The translations under genes and the position numbers were made by a program. Shown piece after piece: positions 27,101 through 39,855 of a stretch of DNA of 64,000 bases; position 1 is the stretch's first letter; every line of letters starts with the position of its first letter. Source of the DNA: Amoebophrya sp. A120. Its lineage: Eukaryota; Protista; Dinoflagellata. The notes beneath the pieces are model-generated. The model made no database searches, was not told the DNA's origin, and saw only the letters and a program-made list of their open reading frames with translations. The DNA is taken from NCBI GenBank assembly GCA_905178155.1, contig CAJINV010000004.1, positions 4,706,518 through 4,770,517 on the forward strand. The letters are read 5' to 3'.

Positions 27101-28797
27101 GAGAACCAGAAGCGGGCTCGTTGGCGAGTTTAGACCTTGGTTTAGGAGGTGGACGAACAGGCCAAGATGGAGCTGCTGTAGCGACGCGTCGTCCTTCTTA
27201 CGGAACAGGTTTCGCCACGGATGTGTATATGGAGTCCATGCAAGCCCAACAGCAGGAGGAGGAGTTTGCCCCGTTGGCGCTGCGGAGTTTCGAGCCCCAG
27301 GGCTACTACGACACGAACACTGCGGCGCCGCAGCGACGCATGCCCGCGCCCACCCAGCGAGAACAGATGACGGCGCTGAGCGGGGTGAGCGCAGTGACGT
27401 CCGGCGGGGGGTCGTCGCGGTCGTCGTCTAAAGTAGGCAGTGCGGTGAATGGTAGTTCTCCACCTCCGGCGATTCCCGTAGTTCCGGGAACAAACCACGG
27501 GGGTTACCACCACACCCACCTATTGCAGCGCAGTCGGAGTTTGAATGGCTTCGCCACAATTTCCGAGATGCGGGAAAGACAGGCGCTGGAACGGGAGCGG
27601 GCGGGGACCGGGGCGAGTGAGCAAAAAGGCATTTCTCCGCTGGACACGCGGCCGGACATCTATTTCGGTACGCCGCTGCTGGAGAAAGATCCGAGCGCGC
27701 GGTCATTTGTCTCGGTGACAACTGAACCGGCCGAACAGAACCTGCATTTCGTGTCGCCAGAGAAGATAAGCATGACTTCTTCATCGAAGCGGAACAAGTT
27801 CGTCCCGTACAATCACGATCGCGGTGGTGTTTCTACGATCCATGGTGCTCTTGGAGCGGGTACGACGCATGGTGCCAGGCAGACCGGTACAGCGAATACA
27901 CAGTACACGCCAGGGCCAGACTATCGCCCCGCCCATTATTCAACTTCATACGCGGCCTCCTCCTCAACTCCCTTCGTTCCTGCGGGGCAGCAGCAAATAA
28001 GCCACGAAGGAGGTCCACCTCCGCCAAATTTTGTCATATCGACCGATCCTGGTCACCAGCAACAGCAATCACAGGCCCTGCAGCTCTCCACGTCTGCTTT
28101 GCTGCTGGACGAGCTGTCTTTTGTGGACGACGCGAAAAATAACGGGTCCTTCGGGGACCAAGTTTTGGTTGAGGACTCCTTGATGTTGCGCGGCTCCACG
28201 ACCTCATCCGGTGCTGCAACAGGAGGTTGTATCGCACCACAGCTGCAGCAGGAGAGTTCTACTTTGTTCACACAACTGGACCACGCCGAGTCCCTCGCGC
28301 AGCGAAGACAGGAACTGCGAGATGAGGCGTGGGAGGCGATGCTGAGAAACGAGGTGCGATCGCCTAGCGACGGGGAGGAGGACGGGCAGGCCGGGAAAAT
28401 GAGTGCAGCTGCTCCGAACTTTGTTTTTTTCGGGAGTAGGGACAGCGAAAATGGAAATCAACTACAAACAGCGGGAGCAGTGCCTGCTGTCGATGTTGTG
28501 CGAGAACAAGATAACGAGCAGGACGAGCCTGCAAAGCAAACTAACAAACCTTTGCGAAGTAGTTCCTTCACACTGTCCGCACCCTTGTTGGAGGATTTGA
28601 GGGCGATTCCGGAGGATGGTGAGTTGATTTTTGACGGCAGCGCTGTGAATTTTGGTCGCGGTGGGCGAATCCAAAGCAGGGATTTTACTGGTGCGGATAA
28701 TTCATGTACGACTTCATCATATTCCGCGACGAACATTGCCGACCATTTCGTGCCCATCTATGTCCCTCCGAAAGACAGACCGCAGGAGAACAAATGA
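18156..28797 (+). CDS. Kinesin with N-terminal motor and very long low-complexity tail (~2,830 aa)
   Basis: Motifs VFVRIRP, YGQTSSGKT, NMRSSRSH, DLAGSE. Exons 18156-18651, 18807-18851, 19178-19461, 19642-21127, 21892-22506, 22663-22714, 23027-25196, 25441-28797 total 8505 nt in frame. Linkage of the tail exons to the motor is inferred. Confidence 0.75.
18652..18801. mobile_element. Introner family B
   Basis: TSD ACCGG; removal gives SEQEPGLSHHF, the expected PG(L/I) after the kinesin P-loop. Confidence 0.92.
18852..19172. mobile_element. Introner family F
   Basis: TACCAAGAAGAAAAATCCCCCCTCCCCAC...ATGGGGAGGGAGAATTTTTCCTTTTGATA, TSD AAACG; removal gives YKNALAAS. Confidence 0.88.
21106..21947 (+). 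repeat. 78-bp direct repeat of coding sequence (21106-21183 and 21870-21947) flanking an inserted segment; probable GT-AG intron 21128-21891
   Basis: KVPDQLSGASSISASGDEGEVDPQ is encoded twice with 2 nucleotide mismatches; the repeat contains TCAG/GTGC. Confidence 0.85.
22507..22657. mobile_element. Introner family G
   Basis: TATGCAATGTAAATTTCGTGTACATGTACAAA...TTTGTACGTGTACGGGAAATTTACTGTGGATA, TSD GCGGA; removal gives ILRTRRSAR. Confidence 0.88.
22715..23021. mobile_element. Introner family C
   Basis: Family C TIRs, TSD CAAGG; removal gives SRQGRAST. Confidence 0.9.
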
Positions 28798-29457
28798 AGT
28801 TCGAGCAACTTCTGGTTGAGCTGTTAACACGAGCTTGAGCAGAACTTTTTCATTTTTCTGTTATGACGTCCTCGACGTCCTGTCAACATCTTCGAGTCCA
28901 CGATTGTATTCTGCGAAAAGCTTTCACTTGTTTTCCCTTCGACTTGTTGTTGTTTTCTTTTCTCTGCTGTGTCGTGGTCGTTGGTCCGAGTCAGTGCCCG
29001 AGCCCCTGCACAGTGAAAAAAATATACAGTGGTGTCTGCAGCTCCACACAGTGCTGACACTACGCAGAAAAGTACGAGAGCAGTACCAGAGCTGCTTCGG
29101 TGTTCGGCCGCGGTTGGAGATCCGGCATTAGATGTTGCAGCGTGCGAGAAGATGTCGATACATTCAAAGATCTCGAGAATGATCATGATCTCTCATCATA
29201 GCGGCAGGTCGCAAGGGTCTTCTTATTCAAGGTCGCAGAGGAGGAGAAGTCAGTGCAGCGATCATGATGATCGAAATCTGAAAAATGACCACGATGATAG
29301 TTGTTTTTTGCCGATCTGATTATGTTGCCAATAGGAGAGTTTACATCTTCGGGTTCGATCGCGGCAACCCTCGTTTACGAAAAATTCCTTGCGTTTTCTA
29401 GCTGGCTCTACCTCTGTTGTTGCAGCGCACTAGCCTACTCGCGGTCCGTGAGACAGA

Positions 29458-32400
29458 ATGGCGAGTCAGTGTCAGGCACGGAGAGCAATCGCGGCGCAGT
29501 CTCGTCCAGCGTACGTTCGCGAAACAAGTGGATCAGCGCTAGCCCTCGCCCCTTCTCCGTCGCCACCTGCGAATAAATGTGCTTTCAAGCCTCCGTTACC
29601 GCCTGACGGGAAAAAATCGAAATCTGGCGCAGGTGGCACGACAGGCGGGGGTTATCGGGATAGGGACAAGCAAGTTCATCTGGCTCCGAGAAGAACTTTC
29701 CCTCCAACCGAACCTCAATCGCGCGCATCACTTTTAGACAACGCCACTGATGCACTTCACTCTCTGGACCGCCAGGCGATTCTAACAACCATTGGAAGAC
29801 TACAGCGGAGTCGAGCTTGTTTGGCTAACAATGCTATAGCACCAACTGCAGATGGGAAAACAACTATCGAGGAAGCTTCGGATGATGCAGTTTCTGAGGT
29901 CAAGTTCGCAAGGGCTGTCGCGGGCCGTCTGGTTTCCGTGTGCAGTCAGGAGGACATTGTCACCACCTGTGTCTCGGTGATGGGGAACTTAACCGCGGCG
30001 CAAAACCCACAAGACCACCGCATGGCCGAGCCGTTCGCCAGCGAAGTTCTGCACCGATTGGGCGAAGCACACGCTCAGGAACAGAATCCGCAACGCCTCC
30101 GCCAAAGTGCTCAGTTTCTGTACCGGGTCATGCGCCTACTCTTGCAACCACCACTCGGGGAAAATCGTGTTTCGCGGAAACCAAATGCGAATTTGCGCTG
30201 CGGCGTTGCCAACGCTACGCCTCAGGCTCGGGAACACGACCAGCACGACAGGTTAAGAAGTGGAGGCCCCGAGCTTTCAGCTCCGAAAATTTTGGAGAGC
30301 TGCGCCGCGGAATTTTGTCGACATTTAGAAAGACTGTATGAAAAGCAGCTTCCTATACCCGCAGACCGATTCTTGTTTCTGTTGATGTTAACCACAGCAG
30401 AAAACACTTCAACTACGCGCCGCGACCGACGACCAACTTACCCTTCGAACACAGGCACGCCACCGAGCCCTCCGAGCGTAATCAGTATTCTGCAGCAAAC
30501 TTTCGCAAAGCCGGCGTATTGGGAGCAGATCAGCTTTTGGGGGGACCTTCGTCCTGTGGCACCTGTACAACCTCCACGACGTCGTGCTGAGTGTGGGGGC
30601 GCTCCCCCTCGCGTGCACGGGGAGCAAGATAATTGCTCCATAATCTCGGGGCCACCGACGTGTCGTAGTAGAAGCCATGAACGAGTACAGATAACGTCGC
30701 CGCACCTTCACCGTGCAAAACCCGTCGATCTCAATAATTGCGTCCTGTTCTGCATGGCTTTCGCCCACTACATGAACAATGTGCTGCCGGATCTGCGACC
30801 CAAAATGCCGATTTACGAAGCCGTGTTTTTCAGCTCTGGTGGGGGGATGAAGGATAAACTACAGGCGGTGGGAGCCGAGCTGCCACTGTCTGTAGTTGGT
30901 ACTCCGAGTCTAAATATGGACGGTGATGCCCTTCTCGGCAAGAGCATGCGACGCGCCATGGTGAGGATGATGATGAGTGTCGAAAGTGCTTTTGCGGTTG
31001 GTGCACGCGCGCCGGCCCAGGAGCAGTTTAGCCGCACACAGCTGCTGGACGTGATGAAGGTTCTGAACAGAGCGCTGGTCCGAATTCCTGACTGGATGTT
31101 CGAGAGGGTACTTTACGGAGACTTGCTTGAAGTAGAAAAGGGAAAAATGGGCCAAACGATCCAAGCAAGAAAGAAAAACCCGCTCAGCAAGCTTCTAGCT
31201 CCATCCCAGCGCGCCACGCTAGCACACATTTGGACGACACAAAATTTGGAAGCACTCCGGAGCCACGGGAATATCAAGTCCCCGGATCTTATTTCGCGGA
31301 AGGAGGAGACGCTGCCGGTGGAGGCAGGAAATGAAGCGCTTGATGACGAGTGTGCCAACACCGTGAGAAAATTGGGTCGCTTGTTGAGGGACGTCCACTG
31401 CCTTTTCTTCGAGGATGCGACTGACGGTGATGGTCCTGATGCAGCTGGACATCATGAGGTGCAAAGGCACCTCCGAAAAAGTGAGAACGTGAAAACATCC
31501 GCCAGTGCTGCGCAAGCAGGAGTGACTACAACGCCGCTCTCAGTAGACATTTTCACTCTTCACGACCGTAATCGGGCTCCTTTCGGCTCTTCACAGTCGC
31601 CCACTTCCGTCCAGCAACCGTCGACCTTCTCAGACATCGATTGGTCGCTACTCTGTTGGTCATACAGCGCCGTTGCCATGGTTTTGGACGAGACCGTTTC
31701 CCGCCATCAGATAGATGATCCGACGCGGCAAAAGAAATCCGATCTTCTCGTTACTCTGCACGCAAAGATTTTGCAAGGAATACCTGCGATGCTACGACTG
31801 GCGCAAATGGTGAACGAAAACGAAGGGAACAAACCGGTAGACCGACGAGTCGCATACTTTGCGACGCTGCCGTGGCAAGAAGCGACTACTTCATCCAAGG
31901 CAGTGAAGAATGGAGCAGCAGTAGACTCCTCATGTAGGAGCTCCGAGTCCTCCAGCTGTAGGAAAGACATTGACATGTTCAAAAGCGGAAAAATCCCATC
32001 CGACCTCTCAAGCAAAGCCTCGGCGCTGCAAAAGGACGTCTTCCGAAAACACATCGTCAACGCTTTTCGGATGAGCAAGCATCAGAACAAAGAGATCACC
32101 CTTATCCAGGAGTATGCCACGGACTTTGTTTTAACCGTTGACCTTTACTGCCCAGAGCACAAATTCGCCATCGAGGTCGACGGGCCGCATCACTTTCTTT
32201 TTGATCTAAAAGCAGACCCTGAGCAAGAAGATCTCCATGGCGCCACGGCTAGGGGAGGAGGTGGAGCTGGAGAAGAAGATACGGAGTTGTTGGCAGGACC
32301 GTCAAGAATAGGAGAAGCAGGACAAAACTCATCAAAGTGTCTGAATGGCAGGACTGTATTCAAACACGCGTTACTTGAGCGACGTGGCATTCGCGTGCTT

Positions 32401-32607
32401 TCTTGGGCGTTCGACGAGAAAAATGATCAGAAGATCAAGGACTTCGCAAAACCATACTTGGTGTCTTTGGAGATGGACACTAAGGCACGACGTCCTCCGG
32501 CGCGAGATAGAGGTGGAGATGCTCATGCAGAAAAGGAGCAAAATAAATCAGCTACATGCGAGGCGTCGCAGCCACTGCAGTGGATGGCAGCTCGTTCCAC
32601 ACGATAA
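29458..32607 (+). CDS. RAP-domain protein (putative organellar RNA-binding), apparently intronless
   Basis: 1049-aa ORF; the C-terminus VDLYCPEHKFAIEVDGPHHF...NGRTVFKHALLERRGIRVLS fits the RAP domain pattern. Confidence 0.8.
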   Translation: MASQCQARRAIAAQSRPAYVRETSGSALALAPSPSPPANKCAFKPPLPPDGKKSKSGAGGTTGGGYRDRDKQVHLAPRRTFPPTEPQSRASLLDNATDALHSLDRQAILTTIGRLQRSRACLANNAIAPTADGKTTIEEASDDAVSEVKFARAVAGRLVSVCSQEDIVTTCVSVMGNLTAAQNPQDHRMAEPFASEVLHRLGEAHAQEQNPQRLRQSAQFLYRVMRLLLQPPLGENRVSRKPNANLRCGVANATPQAREHDQHDRLRSGGPELSAPKILESCAAEFCRHLERLYEKQLPIPADRFLFLLMLTTAENTSTTRRDRRPTYPSNTGTPPSPPSVISILQQTFAKPAYWEQISFWGDLRPVAPVQPPRRRAECGGAPPRVHGEQDNCSIISGPPTCRSRSHERVQITSPHLHRAKPVDLNNCVLFCMAFAHYMNNVLPDLRPKMPIYEAVFFSSGGGMKDKLQAVGAELPLSVVGTPSLNMDGDALLGKSMRRAMVRMMMSVESAFAVGARAPAQEQFSRTQLLDVMKVLNRALVRIPDWMFERVLYGDLLEVEKGKMGQTIQARKKNPLSKLLAPSQRATLAHIWTTQNLEALRSHGNIKSPDLISRKEETLPVEAGNEALDDECANTVRKLGRLLRDVHCLFFEDATDGDGPDAAGHHEVQRHLRKSENVKTSASAAQAGVTTTPLSVDIFTLHDRNRAPFGSSQSPTSVQQPSTFSDIDWSLLCWSYSAVAMVLDETVSRHQIDDPTRQKKSDLLVTLHAKILQGIPAMLRLAQMVNENEGNKPVDRRVAYFATLPWQEATTSSKAVKNGAAVDSSCRSSESSSCRKDIDMFKSGKIPSDLSSKASALQKDVFRKHIVNAFRMSKHQNKEITLIQEYATDFVLTVDLYCPEHKFAIEVDGPHHFLFDLKADPEQEDLHGATARGGGGAGEEDTELLAGPSRIGEAGQNSSKCLNGRTVFKHALLERRGIRVLSWAFDEKNDQKIKDFAKPYLVSLEMDTKARRPPARDRGGDAHAEKEQNKSATCEASQPLQWMAARSTR

Positions 32608-33191
32608 TCTACTGTGCGACCTGGTGCATGTCTTTTTCGTTTCGTCCGACAAGTGTAATTATTCGTGTTCACAACGCTTCATGTCGTGATCATCGCTTGT
32701 TGTACTGTCTGCCTGCTGTGGTGCACGACGAGAAGTGTTAGTGTTTTTAGTTTGAAAATGGTCGTGGAAAAGCACCAGCGAGCCGGTTTTGGCTGCTCCT
32801 GCTCCCGAGGCAGTGCATGAATCGAACCGTGCCTGTAGATCATCGCCAAAAGTTCTTGTGTCGTCGTTTTTAAGTTTATCGTAGTTGAGTTCCGATTCCA
32901 ATACCACCTCTGAGGGAATGTGTATCTAGGCTTCTTGAGTGGACGAATCTTCTGAGTCGTGTTTTTGAAGTGAGCACCATTTTCGCTCCGGTTGCTTGTT
33001 CTACTAGGCTTCGATAATTATTCGGTTCGAGCAGTATTAAGAAGGCTAGTTTGGAACGGGTGTCCCGTAGTACCTCCACGTACATTGTCCTATTAGCAAA
33101 GAGAACGACGTAGACGTCAACGTCGATATCTTCAAAACGGAACGGACAAGTAACAACCTTCCGATTAAAAGAACCACTCCCGCAGCTCAAG

Positions 33192-36100
33192 ATGGCCGCC
33201 GAGGTGGTGCCGCCGGGCGACCGGAGCCGGTTGAAGACCGACACGGACTTCCTATTAACAAAGGAAAAAGTGTTAACGTTAAGGTTAACGGTTTTCACAG
33301 ATGGCAGCCATGCATTACAAACCTTGCCTTCCATGCATGCTACGCAATACAAATTCGCGCACCTTTTCTGATGCATCGCTGCATAACAAATTCCGTTAAC
33401 GTTAACACTTTGTCTTGTGATACCTATTAACACGAGTGTATGAACTTGGGATGAAGAGTGTCGTTGTGTCCTCGTTCCGGGGCGGAAGATTGTCAAAAGT
33501 TTAAGTTGAGACTTTGCAATTTGCATTAATTATGCAGAAGTTCAAGTGGAATGCCATGCTAATGTCAGTAGGAGACTGCGCAGCAGTAGCACCTCCTACG
33601 GGGGGCTACTACGTCTACATGCGAAACATAACTTCATGTTCATCCGAGCCTCGGAACATTGCCACTCCAAAGAAGATTCTTACTTCCATACACGCCTGCA
33701 GGAATTCAAGGCAAGAGACAAATACGGAAGAGGTCTCATTACGGGTGCCACATTCTCCAATGTGCTGGACGATTTTGGGCTCACCTACGGCCAGCCAGAA
33801 GTCGCAAAAATTCTCGAGTAATATGTTGCTGTGTAGTTGTCCAACCAATGCTCTAAAATGAAAACCAGTTGATCAGTAAACTTAACCAGCACGTCGCCCC
33901 TGCCAACGAAAAGAAAAGAAAAACTAAAACTCATCAGGTATTGCGTTATCAACGGCGATGGCTTTGTCATCTACAAGGACCTAATCCGCAAATACTCTCC
34001 GGGCACCCCCCGAGCCAAGCAATCCGAGACGGAAAAATTCCTCCTCAAGGCCAACGATCTCGCCATGAAGCAGGAGCCGCACTTGCAAACGCACTGGACA
34101 CACGCACCCGCCCTGCCAGAATTGCACGACACGGTGGAGATGGGCGAGTATGAAACTGTTTCCTTTTCTACTTGCTGGTTTTGGTGCCTCGGCTCCAAGT
34201 GTCCAGAACTGATGAAGAAGTGTTCCACTATCACCATCATCACTCAAAAAGTACTTGGGGCCCTACCACGCTGCTGTAGTTGCTTACCTACACCTACCTG
34301 CTCGAACTTGTTTATTCACTTACCCCATTGGAGCTACAAAGAGAAAAACTCTCCATCCCTCCTCTAAGGTTCCTGGCCCATCAAACTGAGGAGATCCGGC
34401 GCCTCTATTCCCGGTGGGACCGCGGTATGTTGACCGACCAGGCGTTTTTGCGGGCTCTGTCCGAGGACTTGAAAGTCCCCCTCACCGAGGAATTTCGCCA
34501 CGCGCTCGCGGTCCACGGCCCGGCCAGAAATCTGTCCTTTTCCAAGATGCTGCGCGCCCTGCGGATCGACAACTTTTTGGCCAAGGGAACCGTGCCTGCC
34601 GTGTACGCCGACAATCCTGGGCGCGTTTTCACCACGACAGGAAACAATAACGCGAGTAGCAGTAGCATGCCCCCGAGAAATATCCACAGAAAAAAAACTA
34701 TCCACATGCACATCCAATTTGTCATGCAAAACACGTATAAAAGCAGAATCACGCGTTTGTCATACAAAATAAAAATGGATGTGGATGGGTTTTTTTCTGT
34801 GGATAAGAAATTCCGGTGGACTTGGGGTGAGATAGATCTTTTCGTAGGTTTGGAATCGAAGTACAGCAGGTTGCAGTTTGGTCGGTCTTCATGCATTGTG
34901 CCGATTCCTTGTGCACTGTGCTGAAATCTGTATTGCTGATTTGAATCTAACACTCGCATTTCTTGCTTCAACCAAAACGACATCTTCCCAGGAATACCGG
35001 GATGATTTGGAGGCGACGGGGCAGACCGGCCGCCAGCCTGCGTATGCGATGTAAACGTGCCTTCGACTGGGACAGTGGCAAGCGCCATCAGTTCATCTTG
35101 GATGATTAGCTCATCGTGCGGAAAGATACCACATCTCTCAAATAAACCGTGTCCGTGCTGAAATTGGTGGAGCGATCTCATGTTATTTCCTACATAGAAG
35201 AAGTTAGACATACTTTATATGCCGGTACTCAACGTTAACGACGCACGCGTTCCACTAACTTCCAACTGCAAGTTCTAGCGAAGGCAGGTTTGCACCGTAC
35301 ATTTGGATTTCTGAAGTAAGACGGAACCCCGTCACATGGGACCACGCGGAACCGATGCCCGGGGGAGCCGCGAAAGCACGTAATAACTCGCAATTACATA
35401 GCTGTTCTCATATGGTTCTCCCCATTTTGTCATGCGTAAGAAGGTAGGCGATGTGTAGCAAAAACTTTTCCTTTCTTCATGGGCATGGCCTGCCCTCCCT
35501 TTTCTTCGGACTCAGAAGTCAAGGTCAATCTCAATGTAGAAAAGAAAAAAACAAAACAGAGCACACCCCGGAGGCGCTGCTTCGGCACGCAATATGCCTG
35601 TTCTGCGACGGCAAGATAGGAAGTTGGGTTTTCCGACAGAAATTGAAGGAAATGTATGGAAAGTGTGTACTCGGACACTAGTTTGTCACTCGGCCTGCCA
35701 TCTACTTCATCTTGGTCCTGCCGTTACAATTTCAATCTTCGTGCTCTAGTTGTACCCGGATAAAGCGCAGTTCAACTGTTCTTGCTGCTCCTCAGCGCAG
35801 AACAGATCGATGTGTTGTTCGGGAATGCAAATGCATCACAAAGTGGAACGAAGCTGATGCTGATACAGCCACAGCATGCGCATGACAAACTAGCGTTTCC
35901 ATCTCCCATACCCTCGGAGTAAAAGTGACGATGGAAGTGGATCGGCTCATATCACACGAAAAAGTGTTAGCGTTAGCGACATTTGTCTTGTTGTCTGACA
36001 AGACAAAACAACAAGCGACCACGGAAATTTGTAATGAATATGTCGTGCGTAGCAGTTATATCAATTTACATGATCAAGCAAGAGGGTTGCACACTCCGAC

Positions 36101-39100
36101 GTCGGGCTGGCTGCCCGATGTCGACCAGCTTCCGCTGGTTCTCTGTCCTCTATCTAGAATCTCCGCTTCGTCCGGGCTTGCCTGGACTCGGCGTTTTTTC
36201 AGCTCTTCGGTTCTCGGAGAGTGGATAGTTTACGGAGGAGTGTCTCGATGAGAAAGCGAGGCGTACTTGTACGCTTCAGGCCTTCGCTCTGGTTCTGCTT
36301 CGCAGTTCCGCCTTGTCGTTTCCGGCATCGCCGATCCTTAGCGTGGATCATTGCGATGTACGACAAGGAAAGAGCTCCGGCGGTTCCGTCGCCATTGAAC
36401 TGCTCAAGCCATGAGCAGGACATAGTAGACGGCGTGCNNNNNNNNNNNNNNNNNNNNNNNNNNNNNNNNNNNNNNNNNNNNNNNNNNNNNNNNNNNNNNN
36501 NNNNNNNNNNNNNNNNNNNNNNNNNNNNNNNNNNNNNNNNNNNNNNNNNNTATGTCGTGCGTAGCAGTTATATCAATTTACATGATCAAGCAAGAGGGTT
36601 GCACACTCCGACGTCGGGCTGGCTGCCCGATGTCGACCAGCTTCCGCTGGTTCTCTGTCCTCTATCTAGAATCTCCGCTTCGTCCGGGCTTGCCTGGACT
36701 CGGCGTTTTTTCAGCTCTTCGGTTCTCGGAGAGTGGATAGTTTACGGAGGAGTGTCTCGATGAGAAAGCGAGGCGTACTTGTACGCTTCAGGCCTTCGCT
36801 CTGGTTCTGCTTCGCAGTTCCGCCTTGTCGTTTCCGGCATCGCCGATCCTTAGCGTGGATCATTGCGATGTACGACAAGGAAAGAGCTCCGGCGGTTCCG
36901 TCGCCATTGAACTGCTCAAGCCATGAGCAGGACATAGTAGACGGCGTGCACACTGCCGCGTGCATGTAGCCCGGCTCAGCCGGGCGCTGGGATATCCTTC
37001 TGACCGGGGAGGATGTCTTGGTGGGAAGATGGCCGATGCGCGGCTCTTACAGTGCAAAGAGTTCGCGTGCTTCAGCTGTTTTTCAGGCTATCTTCGGGTG
37101 GTGGTTTGAAGAAGTCGATGACGGCTCGCGGTTCTCGCGAGTCCCACTGCTCGGGGAGTGGAGAGGTGCAGCCGCTGCGATGCAGTGCCTGCGCCTCTTC
37201 ACGCCGAAAAAGGCATACGTCCGGCGGCAGCTTAGCCTATGGCTGGCGCCGCTTTATTCGGCAACACGCAACGGTCAACAGCACAGCTGATTACAGCTGT
37301 GGCCTGCCGCTCTGTGTGTCGCGGGCGGTTCGTGCTTTTGCGCTTAGCATCGTAAGGCGCAATGTAGCACCACCACCAGACGTCCAAACGGACGCGGGCC
37401 GCTCGCCTGTCATTGATGAAGCCGCGCGAGCAGGGGCGCCGCGCTTCACTTTGACAGGAATCCCCTACTGAAGAGCCCCACCGAAGGCCAAGGCTACTGG
37501 TATCCATTTAGGGCGATGCCCGCGAGGTCAGTGACGTTGTCACTGGCCGGGGCCAGAGTAACACACTGTACACGCACAGCATCACGCTAACGCTGACAAA
37601 CACCCACGAACAAGGGGCACCCCGCGCCCGCATACCCCCCTCGCCGATGGCAGGGGGGCGCCCGATGGGCTGACTATTACTAAGCGACTTGCTGTTGCAC
37701 AGACGCCGGCACAGCCGATGGCTGTGCCGGTGAGATGAAGGCTTCGTTCTCCCCACCACACCTCCCAGCACCTGGACGCGCAACTCCACAGGCACAGCCC
37801 CGAAGGCGCGGCGGTTATGTTGTTGAGTCGCATGGCTAGGCTGCAAGTATTCGTTGGTGTGCACCACATGCGACGTCGATGATGTCGCCTGCGGGTGCTG
37901 GGTCGGGGTTGGGCGTCCACGACATTGTTGCTGCATCTCTTCGGGGTTTGCAAATACCTTGTCGTAGCCATTGCGCCGGCGCTTGGTTTTGTCCACGATG
38001 TGGATGTCTCTGAGTCGCTTGTGCTTTGGTATCAGGGGTGCTGACTTGGAAGGAGAGCTGAGCGCGTTAGCCTATCGGCGTCGTTGCTCCGTCCTTCGCC
38101 CCTCGACGTCGGTCCGCCGGCGTTGATTGCCTGCAGGTGATTAGCGCAGTCGAGGGGTTCAGTGGTTGGTGTGGGGGCGAGGAGCTGTGGTGCAGTTTTA
38201 GCAGGTCCTTCTCCTGTTTCGGATTTCTCTGCTGCTCCACGAGCCAGAGTCGTTCGATTCATCCAGCGTACCTGGGGACGCTTGATTTGCCTTTTTACAT
38301 TTGGAGCGCCAATCCTGGCGTCTCAGACAGGTCGCAGCGCGATGTGCTGCGTCCGCTAGATCACATACCCGCGGGAACTTCCCGGAACTTAGTCACGATT
38401 GGGAGCAAGACCCCGCTGCGTCGCCCGGGTTCCGGGCTCCACGGCGGTGCCCTACCCCGGCGCGTTTCCCACGTGCTCGCTACCTAGCTACAACACAGCC
38501 CCGCGCGCCTGGATCTCTGCACCGACAGAGCCAGGCCGCCCCGTTGAGTCACATTTGGGGAAGATGTTCGGTGGGCCATGTCGTGTTCCACGGCTTGGCC
38601 CACCTTCACGTCCGGGGCGTGGCTCTGTGGGGTTTGAGAGCTTGGCTCGCGCGGCTTGCTACTTGTAGCTCGCTGTGCCGGCCGGGTTCTCTTCTTGCTC
38701 GCCAGTGTGACCGTCGCAGGGCGTCCCGCGACGAGGACTGCAGCGCGCGTCAGCACTGCCTTCGATTATCATCGTTTCCGCGCGCTTTCGCTCGTTGGGT
38801 GAATTGCGCCAGGAATGTGAATTTATATAAACATTCCTTCATCAAATCTTGCGAATGTCTTCGTTGCCAAAATGCAATACGGGAAGTAGATGAAATCGCT
38901 TACCAAACTAACACAACTTCTCTGCTCCATACCTCATCCGGCAGCAAGAGGCGGACAACTCCGCGAAGGTATCGGACTTTCTCGCCGTCACCCAGCGCCA
39001 GAACCAACAGCTCCTTCTACCAACCTACACGGGCACCAGCGCGGCCGCACCCTCCTCCGGCCCCAGCGTGCCAAGTGGCAAGAACGCCCTGCCAACCCCC

Positions 39101-39855
39101 TACGCGACGGAATTCACAACGCGCGGCGGCGGTGCGCCGACGGCGACCTCTTCCGGCGGGGCGCGGGCAGTGGATCGCGCGTTTCTCGAGAGCGGCGGTG
39201 CGGACGCAGTCGACGCGGACGGGGAGCAGACCGGGGTTCTCAGCCCTGGCGCCGCGTTCAGAGGTACAACTAGATTTGCGTGTAATGATAGGTAGATCGT
39301 AATATGATCATGCGAACCCTACTTCTATGAAACTGCAGCAGCTGCTACGAGCTACAGCTACTTCAAATCCCTTGCAACTCATTGTCAGTCGCGAAGACTT
39401 TTGTCCCGGACGCCATCGCAAATCGAAACGCCGGAGACATCATCGCATGGCGCGGCGACCAGGGCATGCCCGTCAAGCTTGCGGCTATGGGCCACCAGCA
39501 TGAGAGATTAGGTAGCGAGACTTCTGCTGCGATCTGTGCTTCTATTAGCCCACTACTTATTTGATTCTGCTTTCAGTGCGAAAATCATGCGGATAAGATG
39601 AATATCGTCAACCATAATTCACGACGTATTTCACTTCAGTCTAGCAGAAAAAAAGATTTCAAACGTCAATCAGAAAATGAAAATCATTTCACAGCCGACA
39701 TAATCACCTGGCACGACGATCCGGGCGAGACGCCGGGCGACGACGCCGCGGTCAAGCCGAGTAAGCGCAGGGTGAATCCCTTTACCACCTCCGGGGGTCA
39801 CGCGGCACCTTTCGGCACCGATGCCGATCGTGGAAAAACGGCGGATAGGAAATAG
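33192..39855 (+). CDS. EF-hand-like protein, multi-exon; 3' exons uncertain
   Basis: MAAEVVPPGD...FLLTR-EFKARDKYGRGLIT...EYCVINGDGFVIYKDLI. Firm exons run to ~34830; candidate later exons near 34990, 35315, 35560, 38920, 39075, 39390 and 39695 (repeated DIIAW/DIITW). Confidence 0.5.
33256..33422. mobile_element. Introner family J
   Basis: TAACAAAGGAAAAAGTGTTAACGTTAA...TTAACGTTAACACTTTGTCTTGTGATA, TSD CCTAT; removal gives TDFLLTR. Confidence 0.82.
34681..34805. mobile_element. Introner family H (shortest, 125 nt)
   Basis: TIR TATCCACAGAAAAAAAAC, TSD AGAAA; removal gives PPRNSGGLG (short downstream exon, weak frame test). Confidence 0.88.
36438..36550. other. Assembly gap flanked by a 399-bp duplication (36039-36437 = 36551-36949)
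   Basis: 113 N; apparently identical sequence on both sides. Confidence 0.9.

Noticed and set aside
33185-33191. GCTCAAG just before an ATG as a relict dinoflagellate spliced leader
   Set aside because: Only 7 nt match, and the upstream TTTTG/CCGTAGCC portion is absent.
32876-35211. Minus-strand ORFs of 216 aa (32876-33526) and 268 aa (34405-35211)
   Set aside because: They have no recognisable domain, run through introners and overlap a better supported + strand gene.
36039-36949. 399-bp direct repeat as an LTR pair or tandem duplication
   Set aside because: The copies appear identical and abut the N gap on both sides, typical of unmerged contig overlap.
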